Assembly (NCBI GenBank): GCA_019248265.1
Contig: JAEHGX010000004.1
Coordinates: forward strand, 9,495 to 73,494
Direction: 5' to 3'
Length of the DNA: 64,000 nucleotides
Source of the DNA: Candidatus Falkowbacteria bacterium S5_I03
GTDB taxonomy: Bacteria > Patescibacteriota > Patescibacteriia > Patescibacteriales > UBA12465
The translations under genes and the position numbers were made by a program. Under the pieces are notes generated by a model that did not search any database, had not been told where the DNA came from, and saw nothing but the letters and a program-made list of their open reading frames with translations. Numbering within the stretch: the first letter of the stretch is position 1; the number at the start of each line of letters is the position of its first letter. Positions 19,089 through 28,421 of this stretch are shown here, one piece after another.

Positions 19089-19108
19089 AAAATGACAAAA
19101 TTCAGATA

Positions 19109-19483
19109 TCACGCTGCTAACACCAATGCGTAATTTTTTTTCATCTGTTCAGGCATATGTCTGGAAAAATAATGCGGTTCTTTGTCTCTTTCGGACAAGA
19201 ACCATAAAACCTGCCCCTCCATATTATCTGGCGATTTACTTATTCCTAAACAGATGGACATAATCTCATCTTTGTCGATAAGTATATCACCAGGCGCGAA
19301 ATCAAAATCAGCTACGGGATAATCGCGGGCAATCTCACGATAATATCCATAGCACCTAATAATCATCATTTCAGAATTCATCGGTTTTTTCAATAAACCA
19401 TTTAATTTTTCGCGGAGGGCCTCAATGCGACCCCAAATTTTAGGGTCAATTTTCCCTACGATTTCATCTGTTCTGTCTTTCAT
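19109..19483 (-). CDS. hypothetical protein (124 aa)
   Basis: Stand-alone ORF flanked by terminators. No motif recognised. Confidence 0.5.
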   Translation of the reverse strand: MKDRTDEIVGKIDPKIWGRIEALREKLNGLLKKPMNSEMMIIRCYGYYREIARDYPVADFDFAPGDILIDKDEIMSICLGISKSPDNMEGQVLWFLSERDKEPHYFSRHMPEQMKKNYALVLAA

Positions 19484-19525
19484 TTTTATCCTTTTTTTAA
19501 AATGTACGTGGGTTTAAATATATAC

Positions 19526-19558
19526 TAAAAAACCGCTCCTGTCAATAGAAGGAGCGGC
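19526..19558 (-). terminator. intrinsic terminator after the O-antigen-ligase-like gene
   Basis: CCGCTCCT / AGGAGCGG 8-bp stem with a T-run on the minus strand. Confidence 0.65.
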
Positions 19559-19574
19559 TCTTTAAGGGATTTAT

Positions 19575-21800
19575 TTAGTTAGTTGGAAATAAGTCTTCAA
19601 TTTGTTTTTGATATTTGGCATCAATCGCAATTGTTTTTTCTGCTGCTACGGCCGCTTTATCAATATCGCCCACAATCAAGTAAAGCTTGGTTAAATTAAA
19701 CCAAACGTCAGCATTATCACCATAGCCTTCCGTTAGTTTCTCCACAACTTTTATTGCTCGCGCAAAATCTTTCTGCTCCACCAAATAAGAGGCAGCGCTC
19801 ATTAAAGAATTGCCGGAACCAAGCTGGCCGGCAGCCTCGCCATCAACGCATTTATCTAAGCTATCTTTAACTTGATCCATTTTGTCGCCCATAATATAAA
19901 CTTGGGCTAAACGACAATAAGTGTATGGGAAATTCGGATTTAAGCTGGCAGCATAATTTAAAACCTCGATTGCCTCATCAACCCGGCCGCTCAAAAAGAG
20001 GGACTGGGCTTTAGCAAAATAAACCGGAATTCGACCGGGACTGGCGTTAATTGCTTTCTCAACTTGAGCAATTGCTTTATTAAAATATTCCTGCCCCTTC
20101 GTTCCATCTTGATAAAAAATACGTCCACCTAAATCATAAACCTGGGCTAACTGCAAGTTAGCTAAGTTATCATGAGGATTATATTCTAAATTAGCCTCCG
20201 AAAGTGAAACAATATAGTTATAAGCCGCTTCAAGTTTATTAGGTTCTAGAGTTGATAAAAAATCAGGACTGCCTAGGGCTAAATTTATCAGAACTGAGCG
20301 TCCATCGCGATCCAATGGCGTACCCGTCAGACTTGCCTTAAAATCATTGATTCCTAATTCACTCTTACCGCGCAAAATTTCGGAATAACCGGTGATTACT
20401 CCGCTCATCATCTTCAAAGGCTTAACATTAAACTGAAAGATAGCAATTAAAGCGATAATTGATAGGCCAACTAAAGCTAGCCACTCCCGTTCTTCATTCT
20501 TTAAAAAACTCGACACTTGTATTTGATTTGATTCCTCTGCCGCCAGAGCCTCTTCTTTAGGCAGCCAATAAACAAACCCGAGAATTATCATTAAAGCAAT
20601 ATAAGTTACCAATGAATCAAAAACCGCAAGATTTTGGATGAAATAAGCTGCGAGTAGCCCCAGTATAAATACTATTTCTAAATTACGGCGACCGGCGGCC
20701 TCCTGGCTGATTTTAAAACCATTTTTCTTAAGTCCTAAATAAAGATAAAACAAGACAAACACAAAGATGCTCAAATAAGTAAGCAGCCCGATTATCCCAG
20801 TAGTGGAAACGATGTCAATCAAATTATTATGAGCTCTATCAAAATAAGTCTCTACCCGATCATAGTTAAGGAACTTGGGGTTAAATTGTTTGTCAAAAAT
20901 AATGGCATAATTGCCAAACCCGGTTCCTAACCAAGGATGATATTTAAAATCTCTAGCGGCCCCCTCCCAGGAAAGCAAGCGTGTCTGGAAGGTCGCTTTC
21001 TGCGCGGTTAAATTTCGTAAAAAGCTAGTCTCAAACCAAGCGGCGTGCTGCTGAGAAAATAGAAAAACTATGGCTATTACCCCTAAAGCAAAAACTCCTA
21101 ATAAACTATATTTAAGCTTCTTATTAACGGTCAAAATCCCGACGAGAAGAATAACTAAAAAGATGCTCGCCGCCAGGCCGATAATCGCACCAGACGTATG
21201 CATATTCTTAAATTGCAAAAACATCAATAACACCGGAGCTAAATAAGCAAAACGCCAATTAGAGCGGGTGCGTAAAAATAGCAGCGCGCTAAAAAATAAA
21301 TTAAAAATCAGATAGCCGCTCACATACGCGGTATTGCCGATAGTGCTATAAGAATTTTTACCCAACAATCCCCAAAGGCTGACCATCACCGCGACGACAA
21401 CTGATGAAAATAGGAGCGCGCGCCATTCCGGCCAGGTGCGAAAAACGGTAATTAAAATAAAGAAAAAAATTAGAAAATGGAAAATTTGAAAAAACCCAAG
21501 TAATCTTTCAATGTCTCCCCAAAAACTCAAATTAAAATCAACGCCGGTAAAACAAGAAAGTAGGATGGCGGCAAAATAGGCCAATAACCCATAAATCATT
21601 AAGTTAAGCCGCGGCCGAAACTCCGGATAACGCCAAATAAAAACTAACCAAATAGCGGCCAGCGCTTCCATTAAAATATTAAAAGGCAGCTGTTTGGAAC
21701 TAATGTAAGGAAACAGGAGTCCAGGAAAAACAAAGAGAACAAAAAATAATGAGGCTATCAAACCTCCCTGAAGTATGCGCAAATAAATTTTTGGAGACAT
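19575..21800 (-). CDS. O-antigen ligase (Wzy_C)-like polytopic membrane protein with a C-terminal TPR domain
   Basis: About 12 TM helices, RAHNNLIDIVSTTGIIGL, and C-terminal TPR-like repeats (..AQVY..G....A...). Confidence 0.75.
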   Translation of the reverse strand: MSPKIYLRILQGGLIASLFFVLFVFPGLLFPYISSKQLPFNILMEALAAIWLVFIWRYPEFRPRLNLMIYGLLAYFAAILLSCFTGVDFNLSFWGDIERLLGFFQIFHFLIFFFILITVFRTWPEWRALLFSSVVVAVMVSLWGLLGKNSYSTIGNTAYVSGYLIFNLFFSALLFLRTRSNWRFAYLAPVLLMFLQFKNMHTSGAIIGLAASIFLVILLVGILTVNKKLKYSLLGVFALGVIAIVFLFSQQHAAWFETSFLRNLTAQKATFQTRLLSWEGAARDFKYHPWLGTGFGNYAIIFDKQFNPKFLNYDRVETYFDRAHNNLIDIVSTTGIIGLLTYLSIFVFVLFYLYLGLKKNGFKISQEAAGRRNLEIVFILGLLAAYFIQNLAVFDSLVTYIALMIILGFVYWLPKEEALAAEESNQIQVSSFLKNEEREWLALVGLSIIALIAIFQFNVKPLKMMSGVITGYSEILRGKSELGINDFKASLTGTPLDRDGRSVLINLALGSPDFLSTLEPNKLEAAYNYIVSLSEANLEYNPHDNLANLQLAQVYDLGGRIFYQDGTKGQEYFNKAIAQVEKAINASPGRIPVYFAKAQSLFLSGRVDEAIEVLNYAASLNPNFPYTYCRLAQVYIMGDKMDQVKDSLDKCVDGEAAGQLGSGNSLMSAASYLVEQKDFARAIKVVEKLTEGYGDNADVWFNLTKLYLIVGDIDKAAVAAEKTIAIDAKYQKQIEDLFPTN

Positions 21801-21869
21801 AAAATAAATTTAAATATAAAAACTAAAGTTAAGCTTAATTATAGCAGATTTTAGGCTAAATTAAACCAC

Positions 21870-21903
21870 TTGACAAAAATTAAATAAATTGCTATTGTAT
21901 AAT
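21870..21903 (+). promoter_or_regulatory. sigma70-type promoter with no annotated gene downstream
   Basis: TTGACA (21870-21875), 17-nt spacer, TATTGT (21893-21898), overlapping TATAAT (21898-21903). Confidence 0.5.
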
Positions 21904-21907
21904 TAGT

Positions 21908-22190
21908 TCTTTCTAAAATATATATAGGGCAAACCAATGGCAGCAGCTAAAATTTGCTGGGGGTAAAAAGATATTAAATCTTTACCCCTAATCCTTAAAC
22001 ATATGTTTAAGAATTTTTTCGCTCTACTATTAGCCATTTTAGTACTCAGATGGTGTTTGCCTCCAGAGACAGTTAATCTTGCTAACGAAATTTTGGTCAA
22101 AATTTTGACTCTCATTTCCAATTCATTAGCAATGATTACACTGCCTCCTCAATAAAACAAAAAGGTATTCTTCTCAGAATACCTTTTTTA
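21908..22190 (+). ncRNA. candidate structured small transcript of ~280 nt (family unknown)
   Basis: Bounded by the promoter at 21870 and the terminator at 22159-22195. Nested helices: GGCAAAC/GUUUGCC enclosing AAUGGC/GCCAUU and hairpins GGGGUAAA..UUUACCCC and CUUAAACAUAUGUUUAAG, then AAUCUUGCUAA/UUAGCAAUGAUU enclosing GUCAAAAUUUUGAC. Confidence 0.35.
22003..22155 (+). CDS. candidate 50-aa hydrophobic peptide inside the same transcript
   Basis: MFKNFFALLLAILVLRWCLPPETVNLANEILVKILTLISNSLAMITLPPQ. The ATG lies in the middle of the perfect hairpin CUUAAACAUAUGUUUAAG. Below the ORF-track cut-off. Confidence 0.3.
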   Translation: MFKNFFALLLAILVLRWCLPPETVNLANEILVKILTLISNSLAMITLPPQ

Positions 22191-22195
22191 TTTTC
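22159..22195. terminator. bidirectional intrinsic terminator
   Basis: AAAAA-GGTATTC-ttctca-GAATACC-TTTTTTATTTT. Confidence 0.7.
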
Positions 22196-22212
22196 TAATT
22201 CTAATTCAATTT

Positions 22213-23082
22213 TTATTCCATAACTCCTTCAAGGATATCGCCGCCGCCATCTTCAACCATTAAGGCCTCAGTAGCGCTGGTGGAACTTCCGCAAACTTTG
22301 AGTTCATTAAGATAAGCGGTCCAAACCGTCTTATGGTTAGCGGCCGCCTTCTCTTTAACGCTATGAGCGCTTTCTTTAAAAGCCTGTAGGCAAAGTTGGA
22401 GTTCAGAGCGTTGCTGCTTTATTAAATCAGGAGTGGAAGTAGCTGCAACCGTAGCGTTAATTGCCGCCTCCTGACAAGTAGTGCGAGCGGAAATAGCGTT
22501 ATTAAAAGCTAAGGAAGTTGCTTCATTATTAGTTTTTAAAGCGGTGTCTTTGGTTTTAATGGCGCTAATAACACAAGCTGATTGAGCGGCCGTTATATAT
22601 TTTGGGGTAGAACTAGCCTTTTTCTGTTCTTGGTTTTTATCCATTTTCTTCAAACCCCAAAGAGCAGTCCCGACTTTTTTAATCTGTTCATACTGATTCA
22701 GCAACCAAGGGGCGGCAATCTTTTCAAATTGTCTTGATAAGTTATTGGCGTTGCCATTATTTTTTTCTAGAGTAGTACTGGCGGTGTGTTCAACTTCAGT
22801 GCTGCTAGCCATTTTTCTTACACCATAAAGGCTGTTTCCCTGTTTGACAATGTTGGTAAAATTCTTAATTTGCTCGGGTGTCAAAATTTTCTCCAAGCTA
22901 GACATTAATTGTCTGGTCTTAATGTCATTTGACTCTGGCTTAACAGTCGCAGTGGTTGTGGCTTCCCTCTCCCGCTCTTGCTCTTGCTCCTGTTCCTGAT
23001 TCTGCTCCGCTAAAATAGGAGATAAGGCGACAAAGGAAAAAATCATTACGGCCGCTAATGAAATAGCGATTAGTTTTTTCAT
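22213..23082 (-). CDS. secreted hypothetical protein with an (EQ)n/(ER)n low-complexity tract
   Basis: Signal peptide MKKLIAISLAAVMIFSFVALSPILA, then EQNQEQEQEQEREREA. Internal duplication: ..IKNFTNIVKQGNSLYGVRKM / ..YEQIKKVGTALWGLKKM. Confidence 0.6.
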   Translation of the reverse strand: MKKLIAISLAAVMIFSFVALSPILAEQNQEQEQEQEREREATTTATVKPESNDIKTRQLMSSLEKILTPEQIKNFTNIVKQGNSLYGVRKMASSTEVEHTASTTLEKNNGNANNLSRQFEKIAAPWLLNQYEQIKKVGTALWGLKKMDKNQEQKKASSTPKYITAAQSACVISAIKTKDTALKTNNEATSLAFNNAISARTTCQEAAINATVAATSTPDLIKQQRSELQLCLQAFKESAHSVKEKAAANHKTVWTAYLNELKVCGSSTSATEALMVEDGGGDILEGVME

Positions 23083-23123
23083 ATTTTTTATAATTAATAA
23101 TTATATATAAATTTAACTTTTTA

Positions 23124-24263
23124 TTATTCAAAGATGGCCCGTGCGACTGCGAGCGCGACCTCTTTATCAAAGGGGTCTGGTAAAATTAGTTCCCGACTCG
23201 GGGCAGCGACCAAAGCGGCTAAATTTTCGGCAGCCCTAACAAGCATTAGATCAGTAATCTGTTTAACTTTATTATCAAGCGCTCCTCGAAAAATTCCCGG
23301 AAAAGCCAAGACATTATTGATTTGATTTTTAAAATCACTGCGTCCGGTGGCTACAATAAAAGCGCCGGCAGCCTCAGCCACGTCAGGCATAATTTCTGGA
23401 ACCGGATTAGCAAGCGCAAAAATAATTGGTTTTTCCGCCATTGTTTTTACCATTTCCGGACTCAAAATTCCCGGGGCGCTTACGCCAATAAAAACATGGG
23501 CATTTTTAATAACTTCTTCTAAGTGGCCGGACTTTTTCTCGCGATTGGTGAAGGAGGCTAATTTAATTTTTGCTTCATTCAAGCCAGGGCGATCTTCATA
23601 AATCGCGCCCTCCCGATCAATTGCAATAATATTTACAAAACCATAATCATATAAGAGTTTAGTAATAGCATCGCCAGCCGCCCCCGCGCCACTAATAACC
23701 AGCCGTGCCTCAGTTTTACTCAGACCTCGTAATTTTAAAGAATTTATTAAACCCGCCAAAACTACGGTAGCGGTTCCATGCTGATCATCATGCATGACTG
23801 GAATATCTAATTCCGCTTTTAAACGCGCCTCAATATTAAAACAACGGGGCGCAGAAATATCCTCCAGATTAATGCCGCCAAAATTAGGCGCAATCAATTT
23901 AACTGTTTTAATTATTTCTTCCTCATCCTGGGTCGCCAAACAAATTGGAAAAGCATCAACTCCGGCAAATTCTTTAAAAAGCACGCATTTACCTTCCATA
24001 ACCGGCAAAGCGGCCTCAGGACCTAGGTTGCCTAAACCTAGAATGGCACTACCATCGCTAACAACGGCCACGGTATTACCTTTCAGGGTCAGGGTCGCGG
24101 CTAAGGATTTGTCTGCGGCGATTGCTCGAGAAATTTCGGCTACTCCAGGGCTATAAGCCAAAGAAAGTTCGGAGCGGCTGCCAAGTGGCACTTTGCTCCG
24201 AACTTCCAATTTTCCTCGATATTTTTTATGAAGCGCTAATGACTCCTGATAAATATCCATCAA
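23124..24263 (-). CDS. NAD(P)-dependent malic enzyme (short form)
   Basis: AYSPGVAEISRAI, SDGSAILGLGNLGP and Rossmann VISGAGAAGDAITKLL. Confidence 0.9.
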   Translation of the reverse strand: MMDIYQESLALHKKYRGKLEVRSKVPLGSRSELSLAYSPGVAEISRAIAADKSLAATLTLKGNTVAVVSDGSAILGLGNLGPEAALPVMEGKCVLFKEFAGVDAFPICLATQDEEEIIKTVKLIAPNFGGINLEDISAPRCFNIEARLKAELDIPVMHDDQHGTATVVLAGLINSLKLRGLSKTEARLVISGAGAAGDAITKLLYDYGFVNIIAIDREGAIYEDRPGLNEAKIKLASFTNREKKSGHLEEVIKNAHVFIGVSAPGILSPEMVKTMAEKPIIFALANPVPEIMPDVAEAAGAFIVATGRSDFKNQINNVLAFPGIFRGALDNKVKQITDLMLVRAAENLAALVAAPSRELILPDPFDKEVALAVARAIFE

Positions 24264-24274
24264 TATATTTTATA

Positions 24275-24706
24275 TTATTCGCTAGTAATCCCGGCTGGGG
24301 TTGCGACATTAAGGCCGGAAGGAATTTCCGCCGTAGTGGCGCCTAAGCAATATTTAAGAGTATAAGAGGTTTGATCACCGCTGACAGTTTGCATGGCATA
24401 TGTATACTGAGTTGAACCGGAACAACCGTCATCAGGGATTGGCGGTGCCGGAATAAGCGCCATGTAAACAACGCCATTATAGCTTATAGACGCACCCGGA
24501 GTGATACTGGCAGTTGCCGGATAAGACTGGGCATCATGCTCATACAAACCGAGAGCCGTTTGTAATTGTTTGACATCGCTCAAACGTTTAGCGTCGCGCG
24601 CTCTGGCTCGGGACGATTGCAGAGCCAAAACAGACATGGTTGTTAATAGTCCGATGATAGCAATTACCACCAAAAGTTCTATTAAGGTAAAACCCTTTTT
24701 GTTCAT
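24275..24706 (-). CDS. type IV pilin-like protein (prepilin N-terminal methylation domain)
   Basis: MNKKGFTLIELLVVIAIIGLL. Confidence 0.85.
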   Translation of the reverse strand: MNKKGFTLIELLVVIAIIGLLTTMSVLALQSSRARARDAKRLSDVKQLQTALGLYEHDAQSYPATASITPGASISYNGVVYMALIPAPPIPDDGCSGSTQYTYAMQTVSGDQTSYTLKYCLGATTAEIPSGLNVATPAGITSE

Positions 24707-24757
24707 ACTTTTTTTATTTTTTAGTTTAATATTAACTACTATAATTTTAATACTTTT

Positions 24758-25228
24758 TTAAGATAACGACAAGTTTTTTCCCCAAAGAGCGGCGCGCTCT
24801 CTCTCGCCGTCCTTAAGCGCTCCCTTCTTACCCTGAACAATAAACCCTTCTGGGGATGAGGCAGCATCCCCACCTTTAGAAACTAAGATTTTTAAAATTC
24901 GCGGAGCGGCATAACCGATTGTTTTCATTAAAATCCGCAAACCAAAGTTTTGTTCTTTAGCCAGAAACCTGGTATCAAAGGCGGCCACTCTCTTGCCACT
25001 TAAAGCGGAGCCTGGAATCATATCTAAAAATGCCTGCGTTTCTTGTTTGGGGCGGCCACCATAAGTTGGCGAACCAACAATTAACAGTTTGACTTCCAAC
25101 AAATCGGCAACCTTTACCTCTTTAACATTAAGCAAGCGTGTATCTTCCGGAGAAAAAGCCTTAGCGATATCGCGAGCGATTATTTCTGTATTCCCGTACA
25201 TTGAATCAAAAATAATTAAGGTTTTCAT
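24758..25228 (-). CDS. flavodoxin
   Basis: LIIFDSMYGNTEIIA, GSPTYGG. Confidence 0.8.
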   Translation of the reverse strand: MKTLIIFDSMYGNTEIIARDIAKAFSPEDTRLLNVKEVKVADLLEVKLLIVGSPTYGGRPKQETQAFLDMIPGSALSGKRVAAFDTRFLAKEQNFGLRILMKTIGYAAPRILKILVSKGGDAASSPEGFIVQGKKGALKDGERERAALWGKNLSLS

Positions 25229-25659
25229 ATTTTTTTATTTATTTTCTTAAAATCACCAGGTAATATTTTATTAATATTATCGTCATTAATTTCTACCCAA
25301 ATTGCCTCAAACTCCTCGCTACTATCAATAATTTTAAAGCTTTCTTGTTGATAAAGATTCTTGTCGACGAATTCCGCTACATAAACAAACGAAATCTCGT
25401 GGCCAGCTTTACCATTATAATTAAAAATATTTTCCACTACTTCTAATAATCTAATATGTTCTAATTCCGCCCCTAGTTCTTCATAGATTTCCCTTTTTAC
25501 TGCTTCCAAACTAGTTTCTCCAAATTCAATTCCCCCACCAGGCAGGCGGTAAAAATTTGTTCCCTGAACATCGTCGTGGCCCGGAGATACTAAAACCTGA
25601 TTACCTCGCTTAATTATAACGACTGATAAACCCCTAACTTCACCTTCATGTACTGGCAT
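25225..25659 (-). CDS. NUDIX hydrolase
   Basis: Nudix box GGGIEFGETSLEAVKREIYEELG. Confidence 0.85.
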   Translation of the reverse strand: MPVHEGEVRGLSVVIIKRGNQVLVSPGHDDVQGTNFYRLPGGGIEFGETSLEAVKREIYEELGAELEHIRLLEVVENIFNYNGKAGHEISFVYVAEFVDKNLYQQESFKIIDSSEEFEAIWVEINDDNINKILPGDFKKINKKI

Positions 25660-25690
25660 AAACTTAAATTAAACTAAAACAATTTTAAAC

Positions 25691-25720
25691 TAAAAACCGC
25701 CCCTTTAAAGGAACGGTTTT
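25691..25720 (-). terminator. intrinsic terminator after the helicase gene
   Basis: Minus-strand AAACCGTTCC-tttaaa-GGGGCGGTTT (two G-U pairs) followed by TTTAGTTT. Confidence 0.5.
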
Positions 25721-25732
25721 ATTTTAGCATAT

Positions 25733-27202
25733 TTATCTGCTTCTTTTAAATTTCGGTGCCACCGCTTTTCCAAAAAAAGGCTGGCCGGTCGGACGTCTAT
25801 TAGCCGCCGGACGCCCACTACCAGATGTTGGGTGGCTGCGTCGAGCCGCCGCGCTGGCTGAAAGCTTGGGGCGAAATGGTTTGGCATCTGCGCTTCGTTC
25901 GCGAAATGGTTTGGCGTCAGCACTACGACTACGAAATTGTTGTGCTCCTCCAGTTTTATGGCTAACAAATGGCTTGCCGGAAAAAGATTTTCTTCTTACT
26001 TGGCTGGAATTATTGGAACCAGAAACGGCCGCTCTTTCCTTGGAAAAAGCGACAAACTCTGTTCGTTTAATACTTTTATTAATCAATTTTTCAATCGCCA
26101 TAATTTCTTTGCGCTCATCCATTGTCGCGAAACTGATGGCCTTACCCGACTTCCCGGCCCTAGCCGTTCGTCCGATACGATGAACATAATCTTCAGAATT
26201 ATCGGGTAGATTATAATTAACTACCAGCTCAATTCCGTTAACATCCAATCCGCGAGCAGCCACATCGGTTGCTACTAAGATGCGCTCTCTTTGAGATTTA
26301 AAGGCATCAAGCGCAGCGCGACGACGGCTTAAGGATAAATTGGAATGAATCTCGGTCGCTCGTTGTCCTAATGCTTTTAATTTCGTGGTTAATGTTTTAA
26401 CTCCGTGCTTAGTCCGAACAAAAACTAAAACTGAACCGGAATAAGTAGTCAAAACTTTTACCAAATGTTCAAAGCGTTCATCGCCTCTGATAATAAAAAT
26501 TTCTTGATCAATTTGAGCGGCGGTAGTGCCCTGAGGAGCGACTTCAATGCTAATCGGCAATTTCATATAGTTAGCGGCAATTTTTACAATTGCGGCCGGC
26601 ATGGTTGCGGAAAATAACATCGTTTGGCGAACTGTTGGCATCTGATCTAAAATTTCTTTGATTTGCGGCGCAAATCCCATATCAAGCATCATGTCCGCTT
26701 CATCGAGCACTAACACATTTACTTGGTCCAACTTAAAAGTATGTCGCTTTAAATGGTCGATTAAACGTCCGGGAGTGGCTACCACAATATGCGGTTTCTT
26801 GCGCAGATGAAAAAGCTGGCGGTCTAGAGATTCGCCGCCAATTAAAACCGCGGTTCTCAACCCCAAAGACTGTCCTAATTTTTTAATACTTTCCTCAACT
26901 TGCAAAGCTAATTCGCGAGTTGGCGCTATAATTAAGCCCTGGCCTTTAAGCTTACCGAGTCTTTCTAGCATCGGAATGCCAAAAGCAAAAGTCTTACCAG
27001 TTCCAGTCTGGGCGATACCAATAATATCCTGGCCAGAAATAGCGGCTGGGATAGTTTTAGCCTGAATCGGGGTTGGAGTATCCAAATTAAGTTTTTTGAG
27101 GATTTCCAAGATTGAATTACTGATTCCTAAATCAGCAAATGATTGTTCTTCTTTAAAAGAAGAAGCAACCGTTTGACGCTGAGCGTCATCGTTTTTTGTC
27201 AT
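25733..27202 (-). CDS. DEAD-box ATP-dependent RNA helicase with a basic repeat tail
   Basis: AQTGTGKT, DEAD, SAT and HRIGRTARAG. C-terminal RSRSADAKPFRERSADAKPFRPK. Confidence 0.9.
   Translation of the reverse strand: MTKNDDAQRQTVASSFKEEQSFADLGISNSILEILKKLNLDTPTPIQAKTIPAAISGQDIIGIAQTGTGKTFAFGIPMLERLGKLKGQGLIIAPTRELALQVEESIKKLGQSLGLRTAVLIGGESLDRQLFHLRKKPHIVVATPGRLIDHLKRHTFKLDQVNVLVLDEADMMLDMGFAPQIKEILDQMPTVRQTMLFSATMPAAIVKIAANYMKLPISIEVAPQGTTAAQIDQEIFIIRGDERFEHLVKVLTTYSGSVLVFVRTKHGVKTLTTKLKALGQRATEIHSNLSLSRRRAALDAFKSQRERILVATDVAARGLDVNGIELVVNYNLPDNSEDYVHRIGRTARAGKSGKAISFATMDERKEIMAIEKLINKSIKRTEFVAFSKERAAVSGSNNSSQVRRKSFSGKPFVSHKTGGAQQFRSRSADAKPFRERSADAKPFRPKLSASAAARRSHPTSGSGRPAANRRPTGQPFFGKAVAPKFKRSR
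25871..25930. repeat. 2 x 30-bp tandem repeat within the helicase tail coding region
   Basis: gcgaaatggtttggcatctgcgcttcgttc / gcgaaatggtttggcgtcagcactacgact. Confidence 0.8.
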
Positions 27203-27368
27203 AAAAAAAATAAGTGACCCGATTATCTTTCAGGCCACTTAATATATGACAGAAATACTTGATATTCGAATCTTGATTTAATAACTTAATAATAGCACAT
27301 AATTTAAATTAAGTCAAGATATTTATCTAGAGTAATTTTGGCTTATATTAGCCCCTAAATCGCAAAAT

Positions 27369-28295
27369 TTAAATTATTTTTTTCTTTCGCAAGAAAATCA
27401 ATAAAACGCCGATTAAAATAACGATTGAAGTGATTATTCCCCAATAAGCCTCTGGGCTCTGATCATAAGGCAGACGAACATTCATACCATAAAAACTGGT
27501 AATCATAGTTGGCAAAGCCAGAATAACTGTGGAAACGGTCAAAACTTTCATAACTCTATTTAAACGGTTAGTAGAAATAACTTCGTGCGCCTGGCGAATA
27601 TTGACGATATTAGTAAGATTGCTTTTAGAGCGTTCGATTAGCTGTTCATTATTAAGCTGTAAATCTTCAACTAGCTCTTTATCGTCTTGATATAGCTCTA
27701 AAGTTTTTCCTCCCAGAATATTAGTCAAAACATGACGCAAAGGTAAAAGCGCGTTAATAAAATCATTCAAGACCACTTCGTAGTTAACAAAATTGATGAT
27801 ATCTTGATCTTTGAAATTACCGACATTGAGGGAAAAATAATTTATTCGTTTATTTATTTTGTTCAATAAGTCGCTATATAGACCTTCCATTTCGGAAAAC
27901 AAACGTAAAAATAATTTAGTCCTCTGAGTTGTAAAATACTTTTTGCGCTTATCAACTACGGAAATTAAAAAATCGGGGTTCTTACGCGACACAATCATTA
28001 AAAAATCCTTACCGACGCAAAACATTACCGGGAAAGTGGAAATTTGCCGCAGACTCTCTTTGAGTTCAGGAATACGCGAAAAAATATAAGCGGCATTTTT
28101 CTTAATTTCCATGCGCGGCGATTCGTAAGGGTCAAGCGCATCCATAATCAGGCCTTCTTCCAGGGAAAATTTTTTAGAAATTAATTTCACCTCATCTTCG
28201 CTGGGATCACTAACATATACTAAACTGCCGATTTGAAACTCGGCCAATTTTTTAAGCTTATTGTCTTTAACGGTGCGTTGGTAATATTTAATCAT
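27369..28295 (-). CDS. corA: CorA family magnesium/cobalt transporter
   Basis: FYGMNVRLP (GMN motif) followed by two C-terminal TM helices. Confidence 0.85.
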   Translation of the reverse strand: MIKYYQRTVKDNKLKKLAEFQIGSLVYVSDPSEDEVKLISKKFSLEEGLIMDALDPYESPRMEIKKNAAYIFSRIPELKESLRQISTFPVMFCVGKDFLMIVSRKNPDFLISVVDKRKKYFTTQRTKLFLRLFSEMEGLYSDLLNKINKRINYFSLNVGNFKDQDIINFVNYEVVLNDFINALLPLRHVLTNILGGKTLELYQDDKELVEDLQLNNEQLIERSKSNLTNIVNIRQAHEVISTNRLNRVMKVLTVSTVILALPTMITSFYGMNVRLPYDQSPEAYWGIITSIVILIGVLLIFLRKKKII

Positions 28296-28421
28296 AAAAT
28301 TGCTATAAAAATATTTACAAATTTATTATAACTCTAAATAAACAGAAATACTAATAAAAAATAAAAGCGGCCTCTAAATAAATAAAGACCGCTCAAAAAT
28401 TTTAAAAATTACATTACAATA

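Noticed and set aside
21903-22121. 72-aa minus-strand ORF (TTG start) in the 21.8-22.2 kb spacer.
   Set aside because: It has a non-ATG start. The only purine-rich block (GAGGAGG) lies 22 nt upstream, and in-frame stops fall between the two. The sequence is basic and low-complexity-like. The ORF lies antisense to a region better explained by a plus-strand promoter-to-terminator unit. I treat it as a shadow ORF.
22040-22150. Two UGCCUCC motifs in the candidate RNA as anti-Shine-Dalgarno seed regions.
   Set aside because: Genes in this window essentially lack SD sequences, so an SD-sequestering mechanism has no obvious targets. The motifs also fall inside the candidate 50-aa ORF (Pro-Pro codons).
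23134-24346. Five plus-strand ORFs antisense to the malic enzyme gene. The same pattern occurs inside nusG, rplA, nifS, the ABC-F gene, the rSAM gene and others.
   Set aside because: All are nested in or antisense to genes with strong family motifs, so they are typical shadow ORFs. None is reported as a feature.
25705-26209. ORFs 25705-25968 (minus), 25866-26183 and 25937-26209 (plus) inside the helicase gene.
   Set aside because: They are alternative-frame or antisense ORFs within the well-supported DEAD-box helicase tail. The repeats and high Arg/Ala codon content keep several frames open.
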